A stretch of DNA of 64,000 bases from Parvularculaceae bacterium (GCA_046154725.1 JBJXFO010000138.1:5965-69964); one strand, 5' to 3'. Shown: positions 9,386 to 20,161, counted from the first letter of the stretch. The notes: generated by a model not told the origin, from the sequence alone. Translations and numbers: made by a program.

Positions 9386-10172
9386 GGCTTGACGGAGCCC
9401 GGGCGGCTGGCGCGCGGCCGGCATGCGGTTCGGGGTCGGGCAACGGCGGAGGCAGTTGCGCCGGCGCCGTCTCGCCGAGCAGTTCCAGCGATCGCTTTTC
9501 GATCGCTGCTTCGAGCCGCGCCATGAACTCTTCCTTTTCAAGTCCGGGCGGAATGGGGTCGAGAAATTCGATCACCGCTTCGCCAGGCGTCAGCCGCCAT
9601 GATTGCTGCGGCCAGTAAAGACCGAGATTGGTTGCAACAGGCGTCGCCGGACATCCGTAGGCGGCATACATGTGATAAACCCCGCGCTTATACCGGTAGC
9701 GTTCGCCGACTGGCGCAAGGTGCCCTTCCGGATAAATCAGGATACGGCGGTTTGAGGCTTGCGCTTTCTTGAGCTCTACATCGACGAGCCGGGCGCGCGC
9801 GTAAGCGCCGCCGCAATTGTCGACGATGATTGCGCCCATCTTGCGCAAGATGCCACCGAGCAGGGGAAATTTTTCGAGGTGGTCGCCGGTGACGAAGGCC
9901 AGGTCGTAGAACTGCGAAAACATTACGATGCCATCGCCCCAGCTCTGGTGTTTGGCGGCAATGATGCAGGCGCCGTCGGGCAGGCGCTCGCGGCCGCGCA
10001 CAACGACAGTGACGCCGGTGATCCACCGCATCCAGACCGTCATCGTACGAGTGTACAGGTGAATCCACGCCATCATGGGCTTGCGGCTGGGGATGAGCAG
10101 CAGCGGCGCCGCCATGACCGCGAAGAAGATCGATGTCGCCCAATAGGCGGCCTGGAAGAGAATGTTTCGCAT
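9375..10172 (-). CDS. 1-acyl-sn-glycerol-3-phosphate acyltransferase family (PlsC-like) protein
   Basis: It carries the HQSWGD (HX4D) motif and an IYPEGH block. The ATG at 10172 is preceded by AGGAA at 9 nt, and upstream codons overlap the TetR gene region. Confidence 0.8.
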   Translation of the reverse strand: MRNILFQAAYWATSIFFAVMAAPLLLIPSRKPMMAWIHLYTRTMTVWMRWITGVTVVVRGRERLPDGACIIAAKHQSWGDGIVMFSQFYDLAFVTGDHLEKFPLLGGILRKMGAIIVDNCGGAYARARLVDVELKKAQASNRRILIYPEGHLAPVGERYRYKRGVYHMYAAYGCPATPVATNLGLYWPQQSWRLTPGEAVIEFLDPIPPGLEKEEFMARLEAAIEKRSLELLGETAPAQLPPPLPDPEPHAGRAPAARAPSSHAG

Positions 10173-10215
10173 AGGGAGCATTTCCTGGGGCTTGCGCAGT
10201 GCTGGACCGGGGCAA

Positions 10216-10836
10216 TCAAGGCTTTGCGGCAATTGCGGCGAGGGCGGACGCCGTGAGCGCATCGACATAAACGGAAAGCGGTCCCTTCAGTCTCCCGTAA
10301 GAAACCTGCAACGCGGTTTGAAGCACGACACCGAGCGCCAACCCGGCTGCAAGGCCAGCTTCGCGGCGCGGGATTTCGCGGCGGGCCATCGCATTGGAGA
10401 GAATATCTTCAACGGCGTCGACAGGGTTATCGACACCCTCCGGGGTGGGCATGAACCGGTGCGCGTGGAGCAGATGAAATGTGAACAGCGGGAAATCAGC
10501 ATCTGCGGTCGCGCAATAGGCCGCGACGATCGCCCGCGTTTGCGCCGCGATATCTGCCTTTTGCGCCGCCGCTTGCCGGACAAGCGCGGCCAGCCGGGTG
10601 TGAATTTCGAGAAAAATCGCCGCGGCAAGTTCGTCCTTGCCGTCGAAATGGCGATAGATCGCGCCTTCAGAAACGCCCGCCGCTGCAGCAATATCGCGCG
10701 TCGTCGCCGCGTCGACGCCGCGTAAGACGAAAAGGTCGAGCGCGGCGCGCTCAATTCGCGCGCGCGTCGTGCGCGCGCCGGATGTGACCCCGCGCGGGGC
10801 GGGCGGTTCTTGCCCGTTTGGTTTTGCAGTTAACAA
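10216..10836 (-). CDS. TetR/AcrR family transcriptional regulator
   Basis: The N-terminal TetR HTH is RIERAALDLFVLRGVDAATTRDIAAAAGVSEGAIYRHF. The start codon is TTG. Confidence 0.85.
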   Translation of the reverse strand: MLTAKPNGQEPPAPRGVTSGARTTRARIERAALDLFVLRGVDAATTRDIAAAAGVSEGAIYRHFDGKDELAAAIFLEIHTRLAALVRQAAAQKADIAAQTRAIVAAYCATADADFPLFTFHLLHAHRFMPTPEGVDNPVDAVEDILSNAMARREIPRREAGLAAGLALGVVLQTALQVSYGRLKGPLSVYVDALTASALAAIAAKP

Positions 10837-10932
10837 GCATCACCTTTGTATGTGAACGCTCACTTACATAGGGCGCGAAGCCACGCTTGTCAAGCTGAGC
10901 CATAGACCTCGGTGAAAAACTCTGTTTCCCGT

Positions 10933-11376
10933 ATGCCGATGGAAGCCGGTCCCTTTCGAATAGTCGTCCGTGTGTATTACGAGGACACCGACTTTTCCGG
11001 CGTCGTCTATCATGCCCGGCACCTGCAATTTTTCGAGCGCGGGCGCACTGAAGCGCTGCGTTCCCGCGGCGTCTCACATACAGATCTCCTCGCCCGCGCC
11101 GAACCGCTCGCCTTTGCCGTTCACAAGATGACGATCGAATGGCGGGCGCCAGCGCGGATCGACGATCTCCTCGAGGTGGCGACCGTCTTCGGCGAGATTC
11201 GCGGCGCCCGCATGTTGATCGCCCAGGAAATCCGCCGGGAAAGATCGCTGATTGCAACGGCGGAAGTCGAAGCCGCCTGCATGAACCTCGCGGGCCGCGC
11301 GCGCCGCCTGCCCATAGACGTATTGGCTCGATTGGACATGCGTCCTTCTCAAAACATCCGATCCCAAAACGGATAA
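10933..11376 (+). CDS. ybgC: Tol-Pal-associated acyl-CoA thioesterase YbgC
   Basis: Hot-dog 4HBT motif VYYEDTDFSGVVYHARHLQFFERGR, located immediately upstream of tolQRAB. The start could be 10912, 10933 or 10939. Confidence 0.8.
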   Translation: MPMEAGPFRIVVRVYYEDTDFSGVVYHARHLQFFERGRTEALRSRGVSHTDLLARAEPLAFAVHKMTIEWRAPARIDDLLEVATVFGEIRGARMLIAQEIRRERSLIATAEVEAACMNLAGRARRLPIDVLARLDMRPSQNIRSQNG

Positions 11377-11613
11377 GCGCTGCCGCCGTCACAATCGCAC
11401 TGGCGGCGGTTGGCTTTGCCTTGGCCTTGAGGCTTTGCGGTCTGGGCGGAAGCCGCTAAGGAATGCCCGAATACCTCGCAGCCGCCGCCGATGGCCCGGC
11501 TTTTTTGCGGCGCCGTCATCGGGGTGCCTCAAAATAGTCGAAAGGGTCGGATAGGTCGTTGCGACCCTCGAGCAGATCTTCGGTCAGTTTAACGCGCAGG
11601 GAAATGTGCATCC

Positions 11614-12348
11614 ATGGAAACGGAAGTCGTAAGCGCGGCCAATCAGGCGTTGGCGGGTCAAACGCTCGGGGGCGAGTTCAGCCTCCTCAGCCTGTTCCTG
11701 TCGGCGGGTCTCGTCGTCAAGCTGGTTATGGGGCTGCTGATCGTGTCGTCAGTCTGGTCGTGGGCCGTTATCATCGACAAATCGCTCCTTTTTGGGCGGC
11801 TGAAAGCGAAGTCGGCGAAGTTTGAAGATGCGTTCTGGTCAGGCCGCCCGCTTGACGAATTGCACAGGAAGCTCGGCGACAAGGGCGATCACCCGATGGC
11901 GCGGGTGTTTTCGTCCGGCATGACCGAATGGGCGCGCGCCAAGGACGTTGGCCGCGCCGATGGCCTCGTCGCCGGCGCGCGCGACCGCATAGAGAAAGTG
12001 ATGAACGTCGTTGTCGCCCGCGAACTTGAAGGCGCAGAACGCAATCTCGGCGTGCTCGCGACGATCGGTTCCGCGGCGCCCTTCGTCGGCCTCCTCGGCA
12101 CGGTGTGGGGCATCATGACGGCCTTCCAGGCAATCGCCGCCACAAAGGATACAAACCTTGCGGTCGTCGCGCCCGGCATTGCCGAAGCGCTGTTCGCAAC
12201 GGCGCTTGGCCTTGTCGCCGCTATTCCGGCGGTGGTCGGCTACAACCGCTATTCCTCCGCGCTGAATTCCTACGCGGTGCGGCTGCAAGGCTTTGCTGAT
12301 GAGTTTTCGGCGATCCTGTCGCGCCAGCTTGATGAAAGGGCGCGCTGA
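11614..12348 (+). CDS. tolQ: Tol-Pal system protein TolQ
   Basis: MotA/TolQ/ExbB channel family (LATIGSAAPFVGLLGTVWGIM..F, VAPGIAEALFATALGLVAAIPAV), first gene of the tolQRAB order. Confidence 0.9.
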   Translation: METEVVSAANQALAGQTLGGEFSLLSLFLSAGLVVKLVMGLLIVSSVWSWAVIIDKSLLFGRLKAKSAKFEDAFWSGRPLDELHRKLGDKGDHPMARVFSSGMTEWARAKDVGRADGLVAGARDRIEKVMNVVVARELEGAERNLGVLATIGSAAPFVGLLGTVWGIMTAFQAIAATKDTNLAVVAPGIAEALFATALGLVAAIPAVVGYNRYSSALNSYAVRLQGFADEFSAILSRQLDERAR

Positions 12349-12794
12349 TGGGCGCTTCCATGGGTGGCGGCGCGCACCGGCATCGGCCGGGCCGCACGCG
12401 TATGCTCGCCGAAATCAACGTCACGCCTCTTGTTGACGTGATGCTAGTGCTGCTCATCGTCTTCATGGTGGCGGCGCCCTTGTTGACGGTTGGCGTTGCT
12501 GTCGATCTTCCTGAAACCGCGGCGCAGCCGATCCCCGAACAAGGCGAGCCGCTGACCGTGACGATTACCAGCGACGGCACGATCTTTGTGCAGGAAACGG
12601 CGGTCGACCTCGACAATCTCGTGCCGCAACTAGAGGCGATCGCGACCGCTGGCTATGATCAGCGCATCTATATTCGCGGCGATCAGGCGCGTTCCTATGG
12701 CGAGGTTGTGCGCGTGATGGGCCGGATCAATACGGCGGGCTTTCGCCGCATCGGGCTTGTGACCGATCGCGAAGCCGCGCCGGGAACTCCATGA
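12348..12794 (+). CDS. tolR: Tol-Pal system protein TolR
   Basis: ExbD/TolR family (EINVTPLVDVMLVLLIVFMV). Its start overlaps the tolQ stop (TGATG). Confidence 0.9.
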   Translation: MGASMGGGAHRHRPGRTRMLAEINVTPLVDVMLVLLIVFMVAAPLLTVGVAVDLPETAAQPIPEQGEPLTVTITSDGTIFVQETAVDLDNLVPQLEAIATAGYDQRIYIRGDQARSYGEVVRVMGRINTAGFRRIGLVTDREAAPGTP

Positions 12795-12817
12795 TGCGGC
12801 GAGGGTAGACGACCCCT

Positions 12818-13642
12818 ATGCGCAGCGGCGTAGTTGTATCGTTAGCGTTGCACGCAGCCGCCGTCGGGCTCGCCTTCGTATCGCTGCCTGAATTCCTGCG
12901 CACGCGCGTTGTCGAAGCGCCGGTGTTGCCGATCGATCTCATCAGCGAAGCGGAACTTGCCGAGAAGACGAGCGTGCCCGCAGCCGCTCCAAGGCCAAAA
13001 CCGGTCCCTGAAAAAAAGCCGGAGCCGCCCGCGGAAGAGCCGCCGGAAAAGCCTGCGCCCAAGGCTGACGCCGAGCCGCCGAAAGAACCAGGGCCCGCAA
13101 AACCAGAGCCCAAGCCTGACGAAAAACTTGCGGAAAAAAAGCCCGACGAGAAAAAGCCCGAGAAGAAGCCCGAAAAAAAGCCTGACGAAGACCTCGATCT
13201 CGATGCGCTTGAGGAACTGATCGACAAGGCGCGCAAAGACCCCCCGCCCGGCGGTCCGTCAGAAGCCGATCTTGAGGCGGAGCGCGCCCGCAAGGCTATC
13301 GGCGCTGGCGACCGGCTTGCCGCCAGCGAGATTGATAAAATGCGTGCCGCCGTCGCGCGCTGCTGGAATGCGAGCGCCATTCTTGGCGCGCCGAACCCGG
13401 AAGCACTTGTCGTCGAGATCGATATTGACCTCAATCGCGACGGAACGCTTGCGGGCGCCCCGCGGGTTCTGAATTCCGTGCAGATCGATTTGTCCGGCAA
13501 CCGGTTCTGGAAAGTCGCCGAGCAGAACGCGGTGCGCGCTGTGCAGGCTTGCCAGCCCTATGATTTCTTTGATCCATCGCGCTATCAGGACTGGCGCGCG
13601 TTCACGCTCAATTTTGACCCGAGCATCATGGCGGGATTTTAA
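12818..13642 (+). CDS. tolA: Tol-Pal system protein TolA
   Basis: N-terminal TM helix, a long Pro/Lys/Glu-rich linker (KPEPKPDEKLAEKKPDEKKPEKKPEKKPDED) and a small C-terminal domain, positioned between tolR and tolB. Confidence 0.75.
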   Translation: MRSGVVVSLALHAAAVGLAFVSLPEFLRTRVVEAPVLPIDLISEAELAEKTSVPAAAPRPKPVPEKKPEPPAEEPPEKPAPKADAEPPKEPGPAKPEPKPDEKLAEKKPDEKKPEKKPEKKPDEDLDLDALEELIDKARKDPPPGGPSEADLEAERARKAIGAGDRLAASEIDKMRAAVARCWNASAILGAPNPEALVVEIDIDLNRDGTLAGAPRVLNSVQIDLSGNRFWKVAEQNAVRAVQACQPYDFFDPSRYQDWRAFTLNFDPSIMAGF

Positions 13643-13697
13643 CGGGCGGACGGCCCGCGCAGCGCCCTAATTCAAGCCTTCGAATCGATTAGCACTT

Positions 13698-15044
13698 ATG
13701 ATGTTGCAGGAAACGAACATGATGATGATGAAAAAAGCGATCCTTGCGATCCTCGCCGCTGCGCTCAGCACCGGCGTTTTCGCCGGCGCCTCGGCGCGGG
13801 TCAGGATCGACATTACGCAAGCAACCGTCGAACCGATGCCGATCGCGGTGCCTGATTTCATTGCTGAAAACGATCAGATGCGCGCGCTTGGGCGCGACAT
13901 TACCGGCGTCATCATGGCCGACCTCGACCGCTCAGGGCTGTTCAGCGTCATTGACCAGCGCGCCTATATCGAAAAGGTCGCGAATGTGAATGTTCGCCCG
14001 CGCTTTCCGGATTGGCGCATCATCAACGCGCAAGTGCTCGTCGTTGGCGACGTTCGTCCGACGCCGGATGGCCGCATCGAAGTCGCGCTACGCGTCTGGG
14101 ACGTTTATTCGAACGAGCAGCTAGGCGCCGTCTCGTTCAAGACGCCGGCCGACAACTGGCGCAGAGCCGCGCACAAGGTTGCGGACTTCGTGTATAAATC
14201 GCTGACCGGCGAAGAAGGATATTTCGACACGCGTGTCGTCTTCATCCATGAAACGGGCAAGAAGGAAAAGCGTAACAAGCGTCTGATGATCATGGATCAG
14301 GACGGCGCCAATCCAGTCTTGCTGACCGACGGTCTCAACTATCAGGCGCTGACGCCGCGCTTTTCGCCGACGCAGCAGCAAATCACCTATATGGCTCTGT
14401 TCGACAACAAGCCCGGCCAGGTTTTTCTGTTCAATATTGAAACCGGAGAGCAGGAACAGCTCGGCACCTTCCGCGGCATGACCTTCGCGCCGCGCTTTAC
14501 GCCCGACGGCACACGCGTGCTGATGTCGATGGAGCGCGGCGGGAATTCAGACGTGTTCATCATGGAACTGGCGACGCGGCGCCTGACGCGCCTGACCGAC
14601 AATCCCGGCATTGACACTTCGCCGACCATGTCGCCGGACGGGCGGCGCGTCGGCTTCACATCGGACCGCGGCGGCTCGGAGCAAATCTACGTCATGGGCG
14701 CCGACGGCGCAGCTCCAAAGCGCATCACTTTTGGTGAGGGACGGTATCAGACGCCCGTTTGGAGCCCGCGCGGCGATCTCATTGCATTCACGCGCCAATA
14801 TCAGGGCCGCTTTTACATCGGCGTCATCCGTCCCGACGGCACAGGCGAGCGCTTGCTGACGGAAAGCTATCTCGATGAAGGCCCGACATGGTCGCCGAAC
14901 GGCCGCGTTTTGATGTTCTTCCGCGAGAGCTCGCCAGGGGCTGGCCCGTCGCTTTGGTCGGTTGACCTGACCGGGCGCAACCTCCGGCGCGTCAGAACGC
15001 CGGGCGACAGCTCGGATCCAGCCTGGTCGCCGCCACTGCCCTAG
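13698..15044 (+). CDS. tolB: Tol-Pal system beta-propeller protein TolB
   Basis: Signal peptide followed by repeated PD40 blades (..P.FSPDG..., [25 protein letters not shown]). The exact start among the N-terminal Met run is uncertain. Confidence 0.9.
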   Translation: MMLQETNMMMMKKAILAILAAALSTGVFAGASARVRIDITQATVEPMPIAVPDFIAENDQMRALGRDITGVIMADLDRSGLFSVIDQRAYIEKVANVNVRPRFPDWRIINAQVLVVGDVRPTPDGRIEVALRVWDVYSNEQLGAVSFKTPADNWRRAAHKVADFVYKSLTGEEGYFDTRVVFIHETGKKEKRNKRLMIMDQDGANPVLLTDGLNYQALTPRFSPTQQQITYMALFDNKPGQVFLFNIETGEQEQLGTFRGMTFAPRFTPDGTRVLMSMERGGNSDVFIMELATRRLTRLTDNPGIDTSPTMSPDGRRVGFTSDRGGSEQIYVMGADGAAPKRITFGEGRYQTPVWSPRGDLIAFTRQYQGRFYIGVIRPDGTGERLLTESYLDEGPTWSPNGRVLMFFRESSPGAGPSLWSVDLTGRNLRRVRTPGDSSDPAWSPPLP

Positions 15045-15330
15045 GCACTCAATGGCGCGGCGCGGCACAATAACGCGTTATTCATTTTGAAACCGTATCG
15101 GTTTTGCTTGAACGCCTTCGCGGCGCACCTTAACGTCTAATTGCTGGGTATACCGATAGTTAATTCCAAAGAGATAAGCCCGGTCAGGTTTTGCGGCGAA
15201 CATGGCGGCAGACATCAATTAGGGCTGGCAGATCTCGCTGGTCATGACGGCGTCGCAATTCGTGTTCAAGAGGGTCCAATGGGGGCGCGCCCGTAAAGCG
15301 TCCGTAGAAGCGCAGTGGAGCATTCGGAAA

Positions 15331-15846
15331 ATGAAAACGTCTTTCGCACTTAAAGCGGCCAGCGTCATTGGCCTCGCAATTCTCGCCGCATCCTGCGCGA
15401 GCAATAAGGCGACCGGGCCTGATGTTGTCGCAACCGAGAATGGCGACACCAGCGCAGTCGGGCGCGGCGATATCGTCGCAGGGTCGCAAGGCGATCTTGA
15501 AAGCAATGTCGGGCACCGCGTGTTCTTCGGATACGATCAGTACGCATTGTCGGCTCAGGCGCAGACGACGCTGCAGCGCCAGGCCGAGTTCCTCAAGCAA
15601 TATCCGGGCGTTAACATCCAGCTTTCCGGCAATTGCGACGAACGCGGCACGCGCGAATACAACCTCGCTCTTGGCGCCCGCCGCGCGGAAGCGGCGCGCT
15701 CCTACCTCGTCAGCCTCGGGATTGACGCTTCGCGCATCTCGACCCTTTCCTACGGGAAGGAGCGTCCAATCGACGCCCGCTCGACCGAAGACGCGTGGTC
15801 GTTAAACCGCAATGCGACGACGACCATCGGCAGCGCCGGGGCCTAA
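15331..15846 (+). CDS. pal: peptidoglycan-associated lipoprotein Pal
   Basis: The ATG at 15331 gives MKTSFALKAASVIGLAILAASC (lipobox LAASC). The OmpA-like C-terminus is NCDERGTREYNLALGARRAEAARSYL. Confidence 0.9.
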   Translation: MKTSFALKAASVIGLAILAASCASNKATGPDVVATENGDTSAVGRGDIVAGSQGDLESNVGHRVFFGYDQYALSAQAQTTLQRQAEFLKQYPGVNIQLSGNCDERGTREYNLALGARRAEAARSYLVSLGIDASRISTLSYGKERPIDARSTEDAWSLNRNATTTIGSAGA

Positions 15847-15892
15847 AGCGGCAGCGCCGGGGCTTGCGGCCTTTGCGGCCGTACAAAATCAG

Positions 15893-15922
15893 GCGCGCCG
15901 GTGAAACCCGGCGCGCTTTTTT
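15893..15922 (+). terminator. rho-independent terminator after pal
   Basis: Perfect 9-bp stem GCGCGCCGG / CCGGCGCGC with loop TGAAAC, followed by TTTTTT. Confidence 0.75.
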
Positions 15923-16039
15923 CGTCCTGGCGCCCTATTTTTGACGTGCGTTGCGCGCCATCATCATGGCGCTGAATGGATCTCAACAAGGGTTCGAGTG
16001 GCGCTTTGCCGTTTCGACTTTCGAGTGAGGATTGACGTT

Positions 16040-16798
16040 ATGCGTAATGTGCTTTCTGCCACGATTGCCAGCGCCGTCCTGCTGCTCGGCGCCTATCCCG
16101 CAAGCGCCGGAACAAAAGACCGCGTTGAGGCGCTGGAGGCGGCCGTTGCGCAATTGAAGTCCGCCGCGCCGTCGGCGCTCGAAGCGAATGCAAAAATCGA
16201 TCGCCTTGAAACCGAGGTCAGAAGTCTGACAGGGCGCATCGAGGAATTGACCTACGAGCTTGAACAAACCCGCGCGCGCCTCGATTCAGTCAGCGCCGCA
16301 CTCGCCGGCGAGGCGCCGGGTGCGCTCGCAGGGGCGCCGCAAGGACCCAAAGACCTGATTGCCAATGAGATCAGCCGGTCAACGCCTGCGACGGGCGCCG
16401 TCGAATTGCCGCTCGATCCGGAAGCGGCCTATGCGTACGCGTCGGAATTTTTGCTGGCCGGCGATTACGCCAACGCAGAGCGCGCGCTTTCGCTGTTCGT
16501 TGACGCCTTCCCTAATCATCCGCGTACGGCAGATGCGCGCTTCCGGCTCGGCGAGGTCTATCTCGCCAACGCCAAAAATACGGAGGCGGCCGATGTGTTC
16601 ATCGGCTTCATTCGCGCCTACCCGACGAGCGCGCGCGGCGCCGAAGCCTATCTGAAGCTCGGCACGGCCTTTTCACGGCTCTCCAAACCTGAGGAGGCGT
16701 GCAAGGTCTTCAAGACGCTGAAGTCGAAATACCCGAACGCTGCCCCGGCTGTGTTGCAGCGCGCTGACGTCGAGATGGGCCGTATCAGCTGCCGCTGA
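16040..16798 (+). CDS. ybgF: Tol-Pal system protein YbgF/CpoB
   Basis: The ATG at 16040 gives a signal peptide (MRNVLSATIASAVLLLGAYPASA). This is followed by a coiled-coil segment and C-terminal TPR repeats (YLANAKNTEAADVF..AYLKLG), in the conserved position after pal. Confidence 0.8.
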   Translation: MRNVLSATIASAVLLLGAYPASAGTKDRVEALEAAVAQLKSAAPSALEANAKIDRLETEVRSLTGRIEELTYELEQTRARLDSVSAALAGEAPGALAGAPQGPKDLIANEISRSTPATGAVELPLDPEAAYAYASEFLLAGDYANAERALSLFVDAFPNHPRTADARFRLGEVYLANAKNTEAADVFIGFIRAYPTSARGAEAYLKLGTAFSRLSKPEEACKVFKTLKSKYPNAAPAVLQRADVEMGRISCR

Positions 16799-18099
16799 TG
16801 ACGTATCAGAAGACGGCGCGGGAACGCCTCGCGCAAACGGCTGAGATGAATTTTAGAAACGAGTGGCGGGCGTTCGGCGCGCCGCAACGGCTCCTCCTCG
16901 CGGTTTCCGGCGGCTCCGACTCAATGGCGCTCATGCATCTTGCGGCGCCGCTGCGGAGCGCTGGCGCGAATATTCGCGTCGCAACGATCGATCACGGTCT
17001 AAGGCCGGCCGCATACGCTGACGCGCGGTTTGTTGCGGCCGCGGCGGCAACGCTGAACATCCCGGCGGCGATTCTGCGCTGGGAAGGCGACAAGCCCGCA
17101 AGCGGCGTTCAGGCCGCCGCTCGCGCGGCACGCTATCGCCTGCTTGCGCAGGAGGCTGAATGCTGGCGCGCAGACGCCATCCTTACCGCGCATACCGCAG
17201 ACGATCAGGCCGAGACCGTGCTGATGCGGATGGCGCGGCGCTCCTCGGCGCGCGGCCTTGCCGGCATGGCGCGCGAGACGCTAATCGCGGACGGCGCTGG
17301 CGCGCCGCAGCGCCTGTTGCGCCCGCTGCTTGGCTGGCGTCGCGCCGCGCTTCGCGTGCTTCTCGCCAGCGACGGGTTCGCATTCATCGATGATCCGAGT
17401 AATGACGATGCCCGCTTCGAGCGTGTCCGCATCCGCGCGCGTCTCGCGCGGATGGGGGGAGGCGGCGAGTCGGCGAACAAGGCGCTGCTCGATCTTGCCA
17501 GTCACGCCGCAAGCTTGCGCGGCGCCGTCGAGCGGCTTGAAGCGGCGCGCTTTGCTGCCGCGCAGGGCGAATTCTTTTCCGACGGTTCCGTTCGCCTCGC
17601 AGCCGCAGCGTTGACGCCAACCCAAGACGCCGGGCTTGTCGTACGACTGGTCGGCGCTGTCAGCGGCAGCGACTACTTTCCCGATGACGACGCGGCGGGC
17701 GCCGTACTCGGCGCGGCGCTCAAAGGTGGCCGGGGCTCGCTCGGCGGGGCGATCGTCGAACGCGCCGGGCGCGCGCTCGACATCATGCGCGAGCCTGCGG
17801 GAGTATTGGGGCGGCGTGGCGAGAGGGGGTTGGCGCCAATAACACTGGAGCCCGGCGCGCGCCTTCTCTGGGACCGGCGCTTTATCATTTTGAACCCCTT
17901 TGATACCGCCGCGCAGGTCCGCGCGATTGGCGCTGCGGCCAATCGGCTCGGATCCGAGCGACGCGCAGCGCTATCGGCTGCGCCCGGGCTGTGGCGCAAC
18001 GGCGCACTTGCCGCCTTTCCTGGCGATGACGGAGCTGGCGAACACGTGTTTCTCAGTCTTGCCGGCGAGCGATTTTGGCGGCGTGTCGTGCGGTTCTGA
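16798..18099 (+). CDS. tilS: tRNA(Ile)-lysidine synthetase TilS
   Basis: PP-loop motif LAVSGGSDSMALMHL and the segment TAHTADDQAETVLMRM. The gene is in the conserved position upstream of ftsH. Confidence 0.85.
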   Translation: MTYQKTARERLAQTAEMNFRNEWRAFGAPQRLLLAVSGGSDSMALMHLAAPLRSAGANIRVATIDHGLRPAAYADARFVAAAAATLNIPAAILRWEGDKPASGVQAAARAARYRLLAQEAECWRADAILTAHTADDQAETVLMRMARRSSARGLAGMARETLIADGAGAPQRLLRPLLGWRRAALRVLLASDGFAFIDDPSNDDARFERVRIRARLARMGGGGESANKALLDLASHAASLRGAVERLEAARFAAAQGEFFSDGSVRLAAAALTPTQDAGLVVRLVGAVSGSDYFPDDDAAGAVLGAALKGGRGSLGGAIVERAGRALDIMREPAGVLGRRGERGLAPITLEPGARLLWDRRFIILNPFDTAAQVRAIGAAANRLGSERRAALSAAPGLWRNGALAAFPGDDGAGEHVFLSLAGERFWRRVVRF

Positions 18100-18238
18100 C
18101 AGTCATGCCCCAACGGGGGGCGGCAGATTGCCGGGGTGACACAAATGTGAAGCGCTCCCGTGGCGCCGGGCTTCTTTAACCCCTATCTTCTAGCCTCAAC
18201 ACTTGCGGGATTAAGGCCCGCCCGGAAAGGACCTTTGA

Positions 18239-20161
18239 ATGAACGGACGCAACCTCCTGATCTGGGGCCTTGTCTTCGTCTTTTTCATCATCTTGCTGCA
18301 GAGCTTCAGGATGTCCTCGCCCGGCCCCGCGCCGGACCGGCTGTCCTATTCGGAGTTTGTCACGCAGATCGATGCGGGCTCGGTGAAGTCTGCTGAAATC
18401 AATCAGGGCAACGTCAAGGGCGTCCTCGACAGCAACAAGGAATTTGTCACCGCCATCCCCGAAGGCTCGGGCGTGGCAATCGCCGATCGCCTCAACCAGT
18501 CCGGCGCGCAGACGAAAATCACCCCGGAGGAACAGCTGCCGCTGTTGTTGTCGGTACTCTTCAACATTCTGCCGTTCATCATTTTCCTGGCCTTCTTCTT
18601 TTTCGTCGTCCGCCAGATGCAAGGCGCCGGCGGCAAAGCCATGGGCTTTGGCAAGAGCCGGGCGAAACTGCTGACGGAGCGTCAGGGCCGCGTCACCTTT
18701 GACGACGTTGCCGGCATTGATGAGGCCAAGGAAGAGCTCGAGGAAATTGTCGAATATCTGCGCGACCCGATGAAATTCCAGCGCCTTGGCGGCAAAATTC
18801 CGAAAGGCGCGCTGCTGATCGGACCTCCCGGCACCGGCAAGACCTTGCTGGCGCGCGCGATCGCGGGCGAGGCGAATGTTCCTTTTTTCACCATTTCTGG
18901 CTCGGATTTCGTTGAAATGTTTGTCGGCGTCGGCGCGAGCCGCGTGCGCGACATGTTCGACCAGGCCAAGAAGAATGCGCCGTGCATCATCTTTATAGAC
19001 GATCTCGACGCAGTTGGGCGGTCGCGCGGCGCGGGCCTCGGCGGCGGCAATGATGAACGCGAGCAGACGCTGAACCAGCTGCTCGTCGAGATGGACGGGT
19101 TTGAGTCGAACGAAGGCATCATATTGATTGCCGCAACGAACCGTCCTGACGTTCTCGATCCGGCGCTTCTGCGCCCGGGACGCTTTGACCGGCAGGTCGT
19201 GGTTCCGAACCCCGACGTGGTCGGCCGCGAGAAGATCCTTAGCGTTCACGCGAAGAAAGTCCCGCTCGCGCCGGACGTGAACTTGCGCACCGTCGCGCGC
19301 GGCACGCCGGGTTTTTCCGGTGCAGATCTCGCCAATATCGTCAATGAAGCAGCCCTCCTCGCGGCGCGTCGCGGTCGGCGCCTCGTGACTGCGAAGGAAT
19401 TCGAGGACGCCAAGGATAAGGTTATGATGGGCGCGGAACGGCGCTCCATGGCGATGACCGAAGAGGAAAAAATGCTGACCGCCTATCATGAAGCGGGTCA
19501 TGCGGTTGTCTCGATTTCGATGCCGGGCTCCGACCCCGTGCACAAGGCGACAATCATTCCGCGCGGCCGCGCGCTCGGCCTTGTCCAATATCTGCCCGAG
19601 CGTGATCGCTATTCCTTCTCGCTCGAACAGATGAAAGCGCGCCTCGCAAGCGCCATGGGCGGGCGCGTCGCCGAAGAGTTGAAATTCGGCGCGGAGAAAG
19701 TCACCTCCGGCGCGTCGTCCGACATCGAGTATGTCACCCGACTTGCGCGCGCGATGGTGACGAAATACGGGCTGTCGGAAAAGCTTGGCCCCATCGCCTA
19801 TGCCGAAGACGAGGGCGAGGTGTTTCTCGGCCAGTCGATTGCGCGCACCAAGGCGATCTCGTCGGAAACCGCGAAAATCATCGAGGACGAAATCAAGCGT
19901 TTCGTCACCGACGGCTATGACAAGGCGCGTCAGATACTCACGGATCGGAACGCCGACTGGGAAAAGATTGCACAAGCGCTGCTCGAGTTTGAAACCCTGA
20001 CCGGCGAAGAGATCGCAGCGCTTCTGCGCGGCGAGAAAATCGTCCGCAAAGAGCCGACCGATCAAGGCGACACGCCGCCGCCGGCGTCTGTTCCCTCGAC
20101 CAGCGGACCGGCGCGCAAGGGCCCAGAGGCCGGCCTCAACCCCAGTCCTGCGGGCGCCTGA
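18239..20161 (+). CDS. ftsH: ATP-dependent zinc metalloprotease FtsH
   Basis: Walker [14 protein letters not shown], Walker [35 protein letters not shown] and zinc site HEAGHAV. Confidence 0.95.
   Translation: MNGRNLLIWGLVFVFFIILLQSFRMSSPGPAPDRLSYSEFVTQIDAGSVKSAEINQGNVKGVLDSNKEFVTAIPEGSGVAIADRLNQSGAQTKITPEEQLPLLLSVLFNILPFIIFLAFFFFVVRQMQGAGGKAMGFGKSRAKLLTERQGRVTFDDVAGIDEAKEELEEIVEYLRDPMKFQRLGGKIPKGALLIGPPGTGKTLLARAIAGEANVPFFTISGSDFVEMFVGVGASRVRDMFDQAKKNAPCIIFIDDLDAVGRSRGAGLGGGNDEREQTLNQLLVEMDGFESNEGIILIAATNRPDVLDPALLRPGRFDRQVVVPNPDVVGREKILSVHAKKVPLAPDVNLRTVARGTPGFSGADLANIVNEAALLAARRGRRLVTAKEFEDAKDKVMMGAERRSMAMTEEEKMLTAYHEAGHAVVSISMPGSDPVHKATIIPRGRALGLVQYLPERDRYSFSLEQMKARLASAMGGRVAEELKFGAEKVTSGASSDIEYVTRLARAMVTKYGLSEKLGPIAYAEDEGEVFLGQSIARTKAISSETAKIIEDEIKRFVTDGYDKARQILTDRNADWEKIAQALLEFETLTGEEIAALLRGEKIVRKEPTDQGDTPPPASVPSTSGPARKGPEAGLNPSPAGA

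Noticed and set aside
11377-11613. Hydrophobic peptide-like reading (..ISAAAVTIALAAVGFALALRLCGLGG*) in the ybgC-tolQ spacer
   Set aside because: There is no ATG/GTG/TTG start downstream of the ybgC stop in that frame. It is the tail of an out-of-frame ORF overlapping ybgC.
12909-13500. Repetitive Pro/Lys/Glu-coding DNA in tolA, with overlapping ORFs in other frames and strands (12909..13220 +, 12727..13500 -)
   Set aside because: The repetitiveness is the normal low-complexity TolA linker (PEKKPE-type). It is not a CRISPR or tandem-repeat locus, and the alternative-frame ORFs are by-products of the repeat.
18176-20065. 629-aa ORF antisense to ftsH
   Set aside because: It lies entirely opposite a gene with unmistakable FtsH motifs. 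The product is Arg/Gly/Ala/Asp-rich with no recognisable domains. This is a typical long shadow ORF of a high-GC genome.
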